Shown here piece by piece: positions 63,995-64,000 of a DNA stretch of 64,000 nt (positions are counted from its first letter, which is position 1; the number at the start of each line of letters is the position of its first letter). A program made the translations under genes and the position numbers. The notes beneath the pieces were generated by a model. The model searched no databases, had not been told where the DNA came from, and was given only the letters and a program-made list of their open reading frames with translations. The DNA comes from Candidatus Aminicenantes bacterium (lineage in GTDB: Bacteria; Acidobacteriota; Aminicenantia; UBA2199). The DNA lies in assembly GCA_011049425.1 (NCBI GenBank), contig DSBM01000119.1:24622-88621 (forward strand), read 5' to 3'.

Positions 63995-64000
63995 CCTTTA

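Noticed and set aside
1-64000. Considered whether any part of the window is a genomic island, prophage or defence locus.
   Set aside because: No integrase, transposase, recombinase, phage structural, restriction-modification, toxin-antitoxin or cas-like genes were recognised. The single tRNA sits in a conserved ispE-prs housekeeping context with no flanking direct repeats.

Overview
A 64-kb chromosomal segment from a GC-rich (by eye, not computed) diderm bacterium. Diderm markers are LptE, a LolB-like lipoprotein, outer-membrane beta-barrels, TatA and type IV pilus parts. The organism is probably anaerobic: it carries a 4-subunit 2-oxoacid:ferredoxin oxidoreductase, Rex, NuoE/NuoF-type flavin modules and a Cys-type Mo/W formate dehydrogenase. 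I call about 70 protein genes and one tRNA (Gln-UUG). There is no rRNA, CRISPR, transposase, integrase or phage gene.

Gene order, left to right:
- C-S lyase, VanZ and small membrane proteins
- ugd-glmS-rmlA-rmlB sugar-nucleotide block
- B3/4-domain protein, tatA, methyltransferase, ROK kinase, lepA
- Asp/Glu racemase, OM barrel, rmuC
- Tightly coupled minor-pilin operon (GspH/FimT-, PilV-, PilW-, PilX-like, then a 1336-aa vWA-PilY1 adhesin) followed by two paralogous lipoproteins
- ftsY-ribD-ribE-ribBA-HEAT repeat gene
- tyrS plus OFOR delta/alpha/beta/gamma on the minus strand
- AmmeMemoRadiSam system (Memo-AMMECR1 fusion plus a radical SAM enzyme)
- Minus-strand operon: DRTGG, CBS-GHKL, then a 1007-aa kinase-M23-aminotransferase fusion
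- Divergent PHP-GHKL, then a long operon: DRTGG, NuoE, Trx-like, NuoF, NuoE, NuoF, FdhA, FocA
- fdhD, porin, mobA, rex, a ferritin-like protein
- Housekeeping run: lptE-holA-lolB-like-ispE-tRNAGln-prs-rplY-pth-rpsF-rpsR-rplI-dnaB

Most worth a second look:
1. The CBS/DRTGG/GHKL/PHP signalling gene set wrapped around the redox operon.
2. Two non-identical NuoEF modules in front of a single FdsA-type formate dehydrogenase.
3. The apparently exported AmmeMemoRadiSam system.
4. The three-domain kinase-M23-aminotransferase protein.
5. A family of nested-palindrome intergenic repeats built from stuttering heptamers, which overlap several gene 3' ends.
6. Two lipoproteins coupled to PilY1.
7. Translation oddities at ispE/tRNA-Gln and at pth.

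All functional calls rest on motif recognition by eye from the supplied translations. No database search was run.
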